This document shows positions 8,862-18,728 of a DNA stretch of 64,000 nt, piece by piece (position 1 is the first letter of the stretch; each line of letters begins with the position of its first letter). This stretch comes from Bacilli bacterium (GTDB lineage: Bacteria > Bacillota_I > Bacilli_A > RF39 > UBA660). A model generated the notes under the pieces. It made no database searches, was not told the DNA's origin, and saw nothing but the letters and a program-made list of their open reading frames with translations. The stretch covers positions 200,161 through 264,160 of the forward strand of contig JBMNEQ010000002.1 of NCBI GenBank assembly GCA_050948865.1, written 5' to 3'. The position numbers and the translations under genes were made by a program.

Positions 8862-9827
8862 ATGTTAAAACAAATATCATTTTCCAGAATAGGATTTGCT
8901 AGTATTATTTTGCTTTTATTATTATTATTTAGTATTTTTCCTAAACGTTCGGAGTATGGTTTAAATTTAGAAAAGAATATCAGTGTAGAATATATAAAAG
9001 AAAACTTTCTTCAAGAGATATTTTTATTAGATAATAGTAATTATATAGCTCGAACTAGTGTTTTACTTACCGAAAAAACTACAGAAAAAAAGATAAGAGA
9101 AATATTAACTATTTTAATCAAAGAAGGAGAAAAGATGAGTCTAATTCCTAGTGGTTTTCAACCAATAATTCCTGTAGATACAAGAATCTTAGGAATAGAT
9201 CTTTTAGATGATGGTGTAGTTAAGATAAATCTTTCTCAAGACTTTTTAGATGTTAATGAAGAATATGAAGAAAAGATAGTTTCTGCAATTGTTTATAGTT
9301 TAACTAGCTTAAAGGATATTAAAGGGGTAATCTTATATGTAGAAAATGAATTATTATCAGTCTTACCAAAAAGTAATATTAAGTTGCCATCTCTTTTAAC
9401 TAGGGATTTTGGAATTAATAAAACTTATAATTTAATAAATACTTCTAATATTAAAGCTGTTAATGTTTATTATATAAATAGTTATGATGATAATTATTAT
9501 TATGTTCCTGTTACTAAATACTCTAATGATGAGCGAGATAAAATAAAAATTATTATTGAAGAATTAACAAGTGGTCCTATTTATGAAACTAATTTAATGA
9601 GTTTTATCAGTAGTAATGTGGAATTACTTAATTATGAACAACAAGATAAATCTTTTTTCTTAAATTTTAATAAATATATTTTTGATGATATTAAAGATAA
9701 AAAGATTTTAGAAGAAGTTTTATATACTATTTCCTTATCAATAGGGGATAGTTATAATGTGCAAGAGATAATATTTTTAGTAGATAATGAAGAGATTGAA
9801 AAAAGTGTTATTGGGTCTATTGAATAA
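8862..9827 (+). CDS. gerM: GerM (tandem GerMN domains)
   Basis: IVYSLTS, YYVPVT, ELTSGP motifs; gerE-gerM-tRNA-Arg order as in Bacillus. Confidence 0.85.
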   Translation: MLKQISFSRIGFASIILLLLLLFSIFPKRSEYGLNLEKNISVEYIKENFLQEIFLLDNSNYIARTSVLLTEKTTEKKIREILTILIKEGEKMSLIPSGFQPIIPVDTRILGIDLLDDGVVKINLSQDFLDVNEEYEEKIVSAIVYSLTSLKDIKGVILYVENELLSVLPKSNIKLPSLLTRDFGINKTYNLINTSNIKAVNVYYINSYDDNYYYVPVTKYSNDERDKIKIIIEELTSGPIYETNLMSFISSNVELLNYEQQDKSFFLNFNKYIFDDIKDKKILEEVLYTISLSIGDSYNVQEIIFLVDNEEIEKSVIGSIE

Positions 9828-9867
9828 TACTTTTTTTTATTGTATAATGAATTTGTTCTGAAGAGTT

Positions 9868-9944
<77 letters not shown>

Positions 9945-10070
9945 GATTAAATTTAATTAAAGTAAATATATAGATAAAAAAGGGTTTTTGACAAAAAAAA
10001 GTAAATAAATGTCATTTACTCTTTTTTTTTTCTGTAATTAATAGTATTATTATGCTAAGGAGGTAAAAGA

Positions 10071-10742
10071 ATGGCCAAACAAAAAGTAATTATCACTAAG
10101 GTAGTAGCTTTTATAATTGTTTTAGCAGCGATAATAGGTATTGGTAGCAACATTTGGTTATTTATCGAAGAAAGACAAAAAGAAACTATAGATTTTGATA
10201 AAATAACCAGTTTAAAAAACTTGCGGACTAACATTGGTGAAATAAAAAGTTATTACGAAGAAATAGATGCTGATAATTACCAAGGTAGTTTATCAAAAGA
10301 AGATTTTAATATTATTTATAATAATATTAAAGAGGGAATTGGTAAACTAGAAAATTTATCATTTATCGATTATAAGGGAAAGGAAACTATTAGAAAAAAG
10401 GAAAAGCGAAAAATATTTGATGAAGTAAATAAAGAAATTAGTTTAGGGGGAATTGTTAAGTCTTATCAAATTATTGAAAAAGAAGATAAGCGCTTAGAAG
10501 GGATAGTTGATTTATTTTTGTCACATTTATATTTTACTTTAGTTGGTAGTGATGGAGTAGGTGAACATTTAATGAAGAATTTAATTACTCCAGTCGATGA
10601 AAATACTTATTATACTGCTAGAAATCCTTCTAAATTAGAAATGAATGCAATTATTGCTCATGCGAATAATAAGGCTACTTCTTTAAAGTTTTTGGCTAAA
10701 TGGTTAGTAGAAAATGAAGAGGAGGAATTAAACGATGAATAG
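10071..10742 (+). CDS. Hypothetical protein with N-terminal membrane anchor
   Basis: AGGAGGT RBS; single TM helix. Confidence 0.7.
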   Translation: MAKQKVIITKVVAFIIVLAAIIGIGSNIWLFIEERQKETIDFDKITSLKNLRTNIGEIKSYYEEIDADNYQGSLSKEDFNIIYNNIKEGIGKLENLSFIDYKGKETIRKKEKRKIFDEVNKEISLGGIVKSYQIIEKEDKRLEGIVDLFLSHLYFTLVGSDGVGEHLMKNLITPVDENTYYTARNPSKLEMNAIIAHANNKATSLKFLAKWLVENEEEELNDE

Positions 10743-11145
10743 AACTCTTTATCTTATTAGAAATATATTATTTTTAATAGTTATAACTTTTTTAATTATT
10801 TATTTTGTTGATATGCCATCGATTAATCCGATCTTTGCATCTTTAGTTTATTTATTTAGTTTAATATTGGTTATTTTATTAATTAAACAGTATAGTAAAA
10901 AAGATAATAATATTAATTTTAATAAACAATATAATATTACGTTTATAATATCAATGATTTATATTTTAATTGTCATTGGAAGAAATTTATTAGATAATTA
11001 TATAGTTATCAAAGTAACAACGGATGGTTTGCATGATTTTACTTATTTTAATAATATCTTTTTTGGCAATGATTGTTTTTTCATAACGTTTATTCTTTTT
11101 GGTTTATTATTTTATAATTTCCTTTTAATAAGATTAAATGAATAA
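10735..11145 (+). CDS. Hypothetical 4-TM membrane protein (candidate immunity protein)
   Basis: Four hydrophobic segments; immediately upstream of the peptide exporter; function inferred. Confidence 0.6.
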   Translation: MNRTLYLIRNILFLIVITFLIIYFVDMPSINPIFASLVYLFSLILVILLIKQYSKKDNNINFNKQYNITFIISMIYILIVIGRNLLDNYIVIKVTTDGLHDFTYFNNIFFGNDCFFITFILFGLLFYNFLLIRLNE

Positions 11146-11236
11146 AGATTTTAAAAAAATGTTTAGAAATTAAACATTTTTTTTATTGAGGAAAGAAAAA
11201 TATTTTCGCTGTAGAACAATAAGGTAGGAGGCGAAA

Positions 11237-13291
11237 ATGAAAAAAAGGCCGAAGGTCATATTACAATCTAATATTAATGATTGTGGATTAGTTTGTTTGG
11301 TAATACTGACTAAGTTTTATGGGGGAAATGTTTCAGTAGAGGAATTAAAGAGAATTATTAAAATTACTCCCCAAGGGATTAGTGCTTATCATTTAATAGA
11401 AGTTGCTAAAAAAATAGGTTTTTTAGCTAAAGGATATCGTTGTTCAGATGATCAGCAAATACCTTTTCCTTCGATAGCTCATGTTCTTTTAGATAAAGTC
11501 TATTTTCATTATGTAATTATCGAAGATATTAATTATCAACAAAAAAAGATTATGATTATAGATCCAGCAGTAGGTAGAAAAGAATTATCTCTTTCTCAGT
11601 TTAAAGAGATATGGACAGAGATTGTTATTTCTTTAGAACCAACTTCTAATTTAAAAAAGAAGAACTATAGTAAAATTTATTGGAACTTTTTACTAGGTTT
11701 AATAAAGCCTGAAAAGAAGAGAATTTTAATTATCTTTTTGTTATCTTTAATTACTTTTCTTTTTAGTTTGATTAATAATTGGTATTTAAAATTGATTTCT
11801 GATAATGTATTTTCTACTGTTAAGCAATTAAAAAGTCTTTTATCTTTTTTTCTTTTAATAGTTTTAATTAGGATAATTAGTGGTTACATTCGGGGAGAAA
11901 TAATAATTAAGTTAAATAAAAGGATTGATGAAAAGTTATTAATTAATACTTATAGGCGTTTTTTATCGCTTCCTTATCGATATTATCATCAGCACCAAAC
12001 AGGTGATATAGTGAGTAAACTTAATGATTTAAATTTTATAAGAGATTTTATTAGTAGTGTTTCTGTTGTTCTTTTTATTGATATTGTTATATTTTTAGTT
12101 TTCTTTTTCCTTTTATATTTTATTAATCAAATTTTATTTAGTATTAGTCTCTTGATATTAATTATTTATCTTTTTATCGTGGCTTTTTTTCATAAAAGAT
12201 TAAATAATTATATTAATCAAAAACAAAAATTAAGGGCTTTAATTAATAGTTATTTATATGAAACAATAAGTAATATTGAAACAGTTAAAGGCTTAAATAT
12301 TGAAGAAGAAATGCTTTTAAATTTATCTAAAAAGCAAGAGTTAAATTTAAAAAATAATTATTCTTTAGAAAAACTTTTTAATTTGCAAAGTAATTTAAAA
12401 GATTTAGTAGTTTTAATTGGATTAAATGTTATATTATTTGGGGGAAGTTTTCTCTTATGGAAGAAAATGATAACAATTGGTGATTTACTTTTATTTTATA
12501 CTTTAGTAATCTTTTTTTTAGAACCAATTAGAAATATAGTTGAATTAGAACCTTTAATAAAAAGTGCTTATAGTTCTTTTAAGAGAATTGGAGAAATTTA
12601 TGAGATTAAACCAGAAAACTTAAAAGTTAATGAAATAAGTTTAAGAGGAAATATTTCTTTTAAGAATCTTGAATTTTCTTTTGATGATTTAAAAAATGTT
12701 TTAAATAAGTTTAATTTAAAGATTAAAAAGGGTCAAAAGATTTTAATATCAGGTCCTTCTGGTAGTGGTAAATCAACTTTATTTAAATTATTAAATAAAT
12801 ATTATGAAGATTATAGTGGTCAAATTAAAATAGATGATTATGAAATAAAAGATTTAAGTTTAAAAACGATTAGAGATAACATTTGTTATGTTTCTCAAAA
12901 AGAAAGGTTATTTACAGAGACGATTTATAATAATATTGTTTTAAATAGAACTATTCCTTTGAAGAAATTAGAGGAAGTTTCTCAAGTAACAATGATTGAA
13001 GAGTTTTTAAAGAAAAAGAATTTAGATTATAATTATTTAATTGAAGAAAGAGGGGAAAATTTAGCTGGGGGAGAAAGACAACAAATTATTATTGCGAGAA
13101 CATTATTAAAACAAGTTAATGTTTATATTTTTGATGAAAGTATGAATGAAATGGATTTAAAGTTTGAAAGAAGGATTCTTTTAAATATATTTAAGTATTT
13201 GCATGATAAAACTGTTATTGTTATATCGCATCGTTTGGATAATAAAGATTTATATGATGAAATAATTATGATGAAAAAAGAAAGGAGTTAA
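11237..13291 (+). CDS. Peptidase C39-containing ABC exporter (PCAT)
   Basis: QSNINDCGLVCL, HYVII, DPA; TM domain; GPSGSGKST; LAGGERQ; IFDE. Confidence 0.93.
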   Translation: MKKRPKVILQSNINDCGLVCLVILTKFYGGNVSVEELKRIIKITPQGISAYHLIEVAKKIGFLAKGYRCSDDQQIPFPSIAHVLLDKVYFHYVIIEDINYQQKKIMIIDPAVGRKELSLSQFKEIWTEIVISLEPTSNLKKKNYSKIYWNFLLGLIKPEKKRILIIFLLSLITFLFSLINNWYLKLISDNVFSTVKQLKSLLSFFLLIVLIRIISGYIRGEIIIKLNKRIDEKLLINTYRRFLSLPYRYYHQHQTGDIVSKLNDLNFIRDFISSVSVVLFIDIVIFLVFFFLLYFINQILFSISLLILIIYLFIVAFFHKRLNNYINQKQKLRALINSYLYETISNIETVKGLNIEEEMLLNLSKKQELNLKNNYSLEKLFNLQSNLKDLVVLIGLNVILFGGSFLLWKKMITIGDLLLFYTLVIFFLEPIRNIVELEPLIKSAYSSFKRIGEIYEIKPENLKVNEISLRGNISFKNLEFSFDDLKNVLNKFNLKIKKGQKILISGPSGSGKSTLFKLLNKYYEDYSGQIKIDDYEIKDLSLKTIRDNICYVSQKERLFTETIYNNIVLNRTIPLKKLEEVSQVTMIEEFLKKKNLDYNYLIEERGENLAGGERQQIIIARTLLKQVNVYIFDESMNEMDLKFERRILLNIFKYLHDKTVIVISHRLDNKDLYDEIIMMKKERS

Positions 13292-13431
13292 TGATGAAAG
13301 AATTACAAAAAGAAGAATTATTAATGATTAATGGTGGTCTTGGTATTTGGGCGATTATTGGGATTGTTAGTGGGATAACCTTTTTAATTGGTTTATTAGA
13401 TGGGTTTGTTCGTCCTTTAAAATGTAATTAA
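13291..13431 (+). CDS. Double-glycine-leader peptide 1 (class II bacteriocin-like), 46 aa; not in the ORF track
   Basis: MMKELQKEELLMINGG|LGIWAIIGIVSGITFLIGLLDGFVRPLKCN; TAATG overlap with the PCAT stop. Confidence 0.88.
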   Translation: MMKELQKEELLMINGGLGIWAIIGIVSGITFLIGLLDGFVRPLKCN

Positions 13432-13446
13432 GAAAGGAGGGAAAAA

Positions 13447-13614
13447 ATGTTTGAATTACAAAAAGAAGAATTATTGATGATTAATGGTGGTTTAACTATT
13501 TCTGGTAGTTTAGTAAGTTCTTTAGTGAAAGGAATCAGTGTGTTTTTAGAATTAGGTCGTTCTTTAGGAACAGCTATTAGAAGAGTAGTTACTAATAATT
13601 TATGTCCGTTTTAA
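13447..13614 (+). CDS. Double-glycine-leader peptide 2 (class II bacteriocin-like), 55 aa; not in the ORF track
   Basis: MFELQKEELLMINGG|LTISGSLVSSLVKGISVFLELGRSLGTAIRRVVTNNLCPF; AAGGAGG RBS. Confidence 0.88.
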   Translation: MFELQKEELLMINGGLTISGSLVSSLVKGISVFLELGRSLGTAIRRVVTNNLCPF

Positions 13615-13639
13615 AAAAAAGGAGGTTTCTCCTTTTTTT
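13613..13639 (+). terminator. Intrinsic terminator of the peptide operon
   Basis: AAAAAAGGAG-GTTT-CTCCTTTTTT. Confidence 0.75.
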
Positions 13640-13714
13640 ACTTTAGATAATCTTGATGTTCTATAAGAGAGGTGTTATAATAATATTCAACAAATATGAA
13701 GGGAGGGATCAAAG

Positions 13715-13897
13715 ATGACACATGTAGTTGTAAAAAATGGGAATATTGATGGGGCATTAAAAAAATTCAAACAAAAAATTGCTAGAAATGGTATCCCTTC
13801 TGAGTTTAAAAAAAGAGAACATTATGATAAACCTGGAGTTAGAAGAAGAAATGCTCGTAAAGAGGCTATTAAAAATAATCGAAAAAAAAGACCTTAG
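13715..13897 (+). CDS. rpsU: 30S ribosomal protein S21
   Basis: IDGALKKFK, KREHYDKPGVRR. Confidence 0.95.
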   Translation: MTHVVVKNGNIDGALKKFKQKIARNGIPSEFKKREHYDKPGVRRRNARKEAIKNNRKKRP

Positions 13898-13965
13898 TTT
13901 TTATTAATATTCTTTAATAAGGATAGTATAAAAAAATAAATGGCTATTTTTAACTGGAGGTTTTT

Positions 13966-15405
13966 ATGAAGAAATTAAAGGAGTTAATTCCTTGTGAATA
14001 TGATATAAAAATTGAATCTATTGAAGATGATTCTCGGGTTCAAAAAAATGATTATTTATTTTGTTGTATTGAGGGGCTTACTGTTGATGGTCATCAATAT
14101 GCTGGTAAAGCGGTAGAAAATGGGGCTGTAGCAGTTTTAGCGAGTAAGGATGTTAATGTTTCTGTTCCAGTTATCAAAGTTCAAGATACAAATAAAGCAA
14201 TGTTAAAAGCTTTATCTAATTTTTATGATAATGTTGATGAGAAACTTTCTTTATTTGGAGTAACAGGAACTGATGGAAAAACCACAGTAGCGAGTATTAT
14301 TTATCAAATCTTTAATCATTTAGATAAAAGTGGTTATATTGGAACAAATGGAATCATTTGTGATGAATTTAAAGCTAATGTTGGTTATACAACTCCTTTT
14401 CCGGGGGATTTATTTAAAGCTTTAGCTGATTTTAAAAGATATAATTGTAATTATGTGTCAATAGAAATTTCTTCAGAAAGATTATTAACTAAAAGAATTG
14501 ATGATTTAAAGTTAGATGTTGCGATATTTACTAATATTACTAGTGATCATTTGGATAAACATAAAACATGGAAAAATTATTTAGAATCAAAAACTAAAAT
14601 TTTTTCTATGTTAAAAGATAAGGGAACAGCAGTTATTAATGCTGATGATCCTCATGTTTCTTTTTTAAAGAAAAATATAAAGAAGAAAAATAAAGTATTA
14701 ACTTATGGAATTGAAAAGAAAGCAGATTTTATGGCAACTGATATTGTGATAGCTGAGCATACATTATTATTTACTTTAAAATCTCCAGAGGGTGATTTCT
14801 TTATTAAAAGTCCTTTATCAGGAAAGTTTAATGTTTACAATCTAATGGCTGCTTTCGCTACTTGTTATGCTTTAAAACTATCTTTAAAAGATATAGTTCC
14901 TCTAATTGAGGAATTAAAACCTATTCCTGGAAGAATAGATATTATTGATGTTTCTTCTAAGTATAAAGTAATGATTGATTATGCTCATACTCCTAATGCT
15001 TTAAAAAACTTATTACAATATGCAAAAATTATTACAAAGGGGAATATTATAACAGTTGTAGGAGCTGCTGGGGGAAGAGATGGTCAAAAGCGTTTTGAAA
15101 TGGGAGAAGTAGTTACTTCTTTATCTGATTATGTTATTTTTACAGCTGATGATCCTCGTCATGAGGATCCTAATAATATAATTGATGAAATGGTAAAAGG
15201 ATTATCCAAGGTTAATTTTGAACGGGTTATTGATCGCCCTTTAGCAATAAAGAGAGCTTTATCAATTGCTCAAGTTGATGATATGGTAGTAATTGCTGGT
15301 CGGGGGGATGATATTTATATGCCTGTTGGTGATACTTATATTAGATGTAATGATAAAGAGGAAGTTTTTAAATATTTGGCTTCTGAAAAAATTTCTTTAG
15401 ATTAA
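13966..15405 (+). CDS. murE: UDP-MurNAc-tripeptide synthetase (MurE)
   Basis: GVTGTDGKTT, FTNITSDHLDKH, DYAHTP, DDPR. Confidence 0.9.
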   Translation: MKKLKELIPCEYDIKIESIEDDSRVQKNDYLFCCIEGLTVDGHQYAGKAVENGAVAVLASKDVNVSVPVIKVQDTNKAMLKALSNFYDNVDEKLSLFGVTGTDGKTTVASIIYQIFNHLDKSGYIGTNGIICDEFKANVGYTTPFPGDLFKALADFKRYNCNYVSIEISSERLLTKRIDDLKLDVAIFTNITSDHLDKHKTWKNYLESKTKIFSMLKDKGTAVINADDPHVSFLKKNIKKKNKVLTYGIEKKADFMATDIVIAEHTLLFTLKSPEGDFFIKSPLSGKFNVYNLMAAFATCYALKLSLKDIVPLIEELKPIPGRIDIIDVSSKYKVMIDYAHTPNALKNLLQYAKIITKGNIITVVGAAGGRDGQKRFEMGEVVTSLSDYVIFTADDPRHEDPNNIIDEMVKGLSKVNFERVIDRPLAIKRALSIAQVDDMVVIAGRGDDIYMPVGDTYIRCNDKEEVFKYLASEKISLD

Positions 15406-15479
15406 AAAAGAATTGATTTTAAATTAATTCTTTTTTCATATCTTAATTATCTATTAATAAGATATTATAGGGTGGTATT

Positions 15480-15731
15480 ATGCAATTATTAAATAGATTT
15501 AAAGATTATATTAATGATAAAGAATTAATGATTAATATTTATAAAAATCAAATGAATGTGGTTAATTATACTGATATACCACACTTTAAAAGTAATGAAA
15601 TAATTATTCAACATCAGAAGGGATCAATAATTGTTAGAGGTTCTAAGTTAGTAATAACAAAGTTATTAAATGAAGAATTACTGATTAATGGTTTAATTAA
15701 TAAAATAGTATTGAAGCGATATAATGAATAA
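15480..15731 (+). CDS. yqfC: Sporulation protein YqfC (YabP family)
   Basis: Size, family resemblance and position before yqfD. Confidence 0.75.
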   Translation: MQLLNRFKDYINDKELMINIYKNQMNVVNYTDIPHFKSNEIIIQHQKGSIIVRGSKLVITKLLNEELLINGLINKIVLKRYNE

Positions 15732-16902
15732 CTTTTTTTTTAATTTAATCTCTGATATTATTCAATTAAAGATTAAAGATCGTCATTTTGAACATTTTTT
15801 ATCGGTTTTATATAAACATAATATTCCTTTAATAAAAGTTCAAATTCCAAAGAAGAAGGTTTTCTTTATAAAGATTTATGAAAAGGATTTAATAAAAATA
15901 GAAAAACTTCTTGGATTAAGAGGTGTAGAAGTTGTTGATTATCATGGAAAACTTCGTTTAAAAAGATGGTTTTTAAAGCATCGTCTTTTTTTATTTTTAG
16001 TGTTTTGTGGTTATCTTTTTTTATTGGTTTTAACTAATATTATTTTTGAAATTGAAGTTATTCATAGTCAAGCAGAAATAAGAAATTTAATAAATCAAGA
16101 ACTATTTATAAATAATTTAAAAAAAGGGAGTTTAAAACCAAATTATAAGCAGTTAGAAAAAATAGAGAAGAAGATTTTATCTAAGCATAAAGATAAAATT
16201 GAATGGTTAGAAATTATAGAAAGAGGAACAAAATATATTATTCGAGTTGAAGAAAGAAAAATCATCACTAAGGAAGAAGAATATATATACCAAGATATTA
16301 TTGCTTCTAAAGATGCTCTTATTTTAGAAGTGGAAGCTGAACAAGGAGAAATAGTTAAAGAAAAGAATGATTATGTTAAAAAAGGGGAAATAGTTATTAG
16401 GGGAACTATTGAACAAGGGGGAAGAATAACTGATTTTATTTCGGCTAAAGGTAGAATTTATGGGGAAGTATGGTATAATATAAATGTAGAATTTCCTTTA
16501 AGACAAATAGAAGAAATAGAAACTTCTAAAAGGAAAACAGTTTATAGTTTAAAATTTTTACGTTTTCGATGGCCCTTTTTTGATTTTAAACCTTTTAAAT
16601 ATAAAAGGGTTGAAGAAAAGATTTTATTAATTCATCGTTTAATACCTTTTAAAATAGTTAAAGAAAAACATTATCAAATAAAACGTACTGATTCTTTTTA
16701 TGATGAGGCTTCAGCCTTAATAAAGGCTTTAGAATTAGTTAATCAGAAGATGAAGTCTAATTTAAAGGACGATGAATCAATAATTAGTAGTCAATTATTA
16801 AATCAATTTAAAGACGAGGAGAAAATTTATTTAAAGATGTTTTTTAAAGTTTATGAAAATATTACTGCTTATCAAGAAATAAGTCTGATTAAAGAGGAGT
16901 AA
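15724..16902 (+). CDS. yqfD: Sporulation protein YqfD
   Basis: VKKGEIVIRG, AKGRIYGEVWY, YENI. Confidence 0.85.
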   Translation: MNNFFFNLISDIIQLKIKDRHFEHFLSVLYKHNIPLIKVQIPKKKVFFIKIYEKDLIKIEKLLGLRGVEVVDYHGKLRLKRWFLKHRLFLFLVFCGYLFLLVLTNIIFEIEVIHSQAEIRNLINQELFINNLKKGSLKPNYKQLEKIEKKILSKHKDKIEWLEIIERGTKYIIRVEERKIITKEEEYIYQDIIASKDALILEVEAEQGEIVKEKNDYVKKGEIVIRGTIEQGGRITDFISAKGRIYGEVWYNINVEFPLRQIEEIETSKRKTVYSLKFLRFRWPFFDFKPFKYKRVEEKILLIHRLIPFKIVKEKHYQIKRTDSFYDEASALIKALELVNQKMKSNLKDDESIISSQLLNQFKDEEKIYLKMFFKVYENITAYQEISLIKEE

Positions 16903-16914
16903 AGAGGTGTTGTA

Positions 16915-17508
16915 ATGATTAAGGAAGTATTAATAAATACACTATATAATATTTGGCCGATGGTTTTTATTTTTTCTGTAATTATTTCTTCAGTAAGGAT
17001 TGCGTTTATTTTATCTAAAAAGATTAAATTTGTTTTATATAAAGAAGTTTTAGGTTTGATTTTTATTATTTATGTTTTGATTTTATTTCATATCGTTACT
17101 TTTCAAGATGTTAATTATGGTGATTTAAATTATATTCCTTTTGCCGAAATGTTTAGGCATCCAATTGGGAGTGCTTTATTTGTAAAGAACTTTATTGGAA
17201 ATTTATTATTATTTGTTCCTTTTGGTATTTTTTTATCTATTTATTTAAAACCAAAAAGGATTTATGTAATTTTTTTCATTGCTTCTATTTCTTCTTTAGC
17301 TATAGAGTATACTCAATTACGTATTGGTAGAACATTTGATGTTGATGATATTCTTTTAAATGTTACAGGAGCGATAATTGGTTATTTGATTTATATTGGA
17401 CTTTCGGCAATATCAAAAAGATTTCCTAAAATAATAAGAAGTGAAGGTTTTTTAAATTTACTTGTTTTAATAATGATCATATTAATAGGAATATATTTTA
17501 TAAGTTAG
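16915..17508 (+). CDS. VanZ-family membrane protein
   Basis: NYIPF, GNLLLFVPFG, IEYTQ..GRTFDVDDILLN. Confidence 0.9.
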   Translation: MIKEVLINTLYNIWPMVFIFSVIISSVRIAFILSKKIKFVLYKEVLGLIFIIYVLILFHIVTFQDVNYGDLNYIPFAEMFRHPIGSALFVKNFIGNLLLFVPFGIFLSIYLKPKRIYVIFFIASISSLAIEYTQLRIGRTFDVDDILLNVTGAIIGYLIYIGLSAISKRFPKIIRSEGFLNLLVLIMIILIGIYFIS

Positions 17509-17964
17509 GTGGTTTTTATGAATAAGATTACGTTTTTTAATTATACAATTTATAATATTGATGAACAAGATAAATTAGAAGAGTTAATTAATTATGCCGC
17601 ACTAGGAGAAAATGTTAATAATTCTGAAATTAATTTTATTTTTGTTAATGATACGAAAATGGCTGAATTAAATATTAAATATCGTCAAATAAAAGGACCG
17701 ACCGATGTTTTATCTTTTGTTTATAATTCTGATTTTCAGTATTTAGGTTTGGATTATGTTATGTTAGGGGATATTTATATATCAATTGATCGAGCCCATA
17801 AACAGGCGAAAGAATATGGACATACTCTATTAGAGGAAATATCCTTTTTAATGGTTCATGGCTTTTTACATCTATTAGGATATAATCATATGGATGAAAA
17901 AGATAAAGAAGAAATGTTTAAAAGACAGGAGGAAATATTAAATGGTTTTAGAAACAAGGAATGA
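17509..17964 (+). CDS. ybeY: rRNA maturation RNase YbeY
   Basis: PTDVLSF, LGDIYIS, HGFLHLLGYNH. Confidence 0.95.
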   Translation: MVFMNKITFFNYTIYNIDEQDKLEELINYAALGENVNNSEINFIFVNDTKMAELNIKYRQIKGPTDVLSFVYNSDFQYLGLDYVMLGDIYISIDRAHKQAKEYGHTLLEEISFLMVHGFLHLLGYNHMDEKDKEEMFKRQEEILNGFRNKE

Positions 17965-18340
17965 AAGAAAAGGAAAGAGTTTAAAGAGGTTTTTTAATAG
18001 TTTTAAACATAGTTTTGCTGGTTTAGATTATACTGTTAAAAATGAACAAAGTATTTTAGTAATGGTTATTGCTATGATCTTAGTTGTTATTTTAGGTATA
18101 ACCTTTAAAATAGCAATTTTAGAATGGATTTTAATTGTGATGGTGATAGGTATTGTTTTATCTTGTGAATTACTTAATACTGCCATTGAAGCGGTAGTTG
18201 ATTTAGTTTCACCTGAAATTCATCCTTTAGCTAAAATTGCTAAAGATACAGCTTCAGCAGCGGTATTTGTTTGTTCAATGATTTCATTTATTATTGCTTG
18301 TTTTGTTTTTATCCCTAAAATTATTGAGATGGGGTGGTAA
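17942..18340 (+). CDS. dgkA: Diacylglycerol/undecaprenol kinase
   Basis: ELLNTAIEAVVDL, HPLAKIAKD. Confidence 0.93.
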   Translation: MVLETRNERKGKSLKRFFNSFKHSFAGLDYTVKNEQSILVMVIAMILVVILGITFKIAILEWILIVMVIGIVLSCELLNTAIEAVVDLVSPEIHPLAKIAKDTASAAVFVCSMISFIIACFVFIPKIIEMGW

Positions 18341-18341
18341 A

Positions 18342-18728
18342 TTGAAAGAAAAATTAAAAGCCTTATTAAAAAATGCTTATGCTCCATATTCTAATTATTT
18401 AGTCGCATCTATAGTTGAAACAAAAGACTCTAAGTTATTTTTTGGAGTTAATGTGGAGAATGCTTCATATGGAGGAACTATTTGTGCTGAGAGAAATGCT
18501 ATTAATAGTGCTTTGGCCAATGGATATAAAAAGGGTGATTTTAAACATTTATATCTTTTAAATAGCAGTGATAAACTTGGTTATCCTTGTTTTATTTGTC
18601 GTCAAACCTTTAGTGAATTTTTTGATAAAGATCTTTTAATTACTTTATATTGTATGAATGATGATGAAGAAACTTTTAAAGTGGAAGAACTTTTAGTTAA
18701 ACCTTTTAATAAGGATAATTTAAAATGA
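18342..18728 (+). CDS. cdd: Cytidine deaminase
   Basis: AYAPYS, NVENASYG.TICAER, PCFICRQ; TTG start chosen. Confidence 0.93.
   Translation: MKEKLKALLKNAYAPYSNYLVASIVETKDSKLFFGVNVENASYGGTICAERNAINSALANGYKKGDFKHLYLLNSSDKLGYPCFICRQTFSEFFDKDLLITLYCMNDDEETFKVEELLVKPFNKDNLK

Noticed and set aside
13297-13492. Repeat GAATTACAAAAAGAAGAATTATT.ATGATTAATGGTGGT as a CRISPR or DNA repeat
   Set aside because: It is the duplicated double-glycine leader coding sequence of two peptides.
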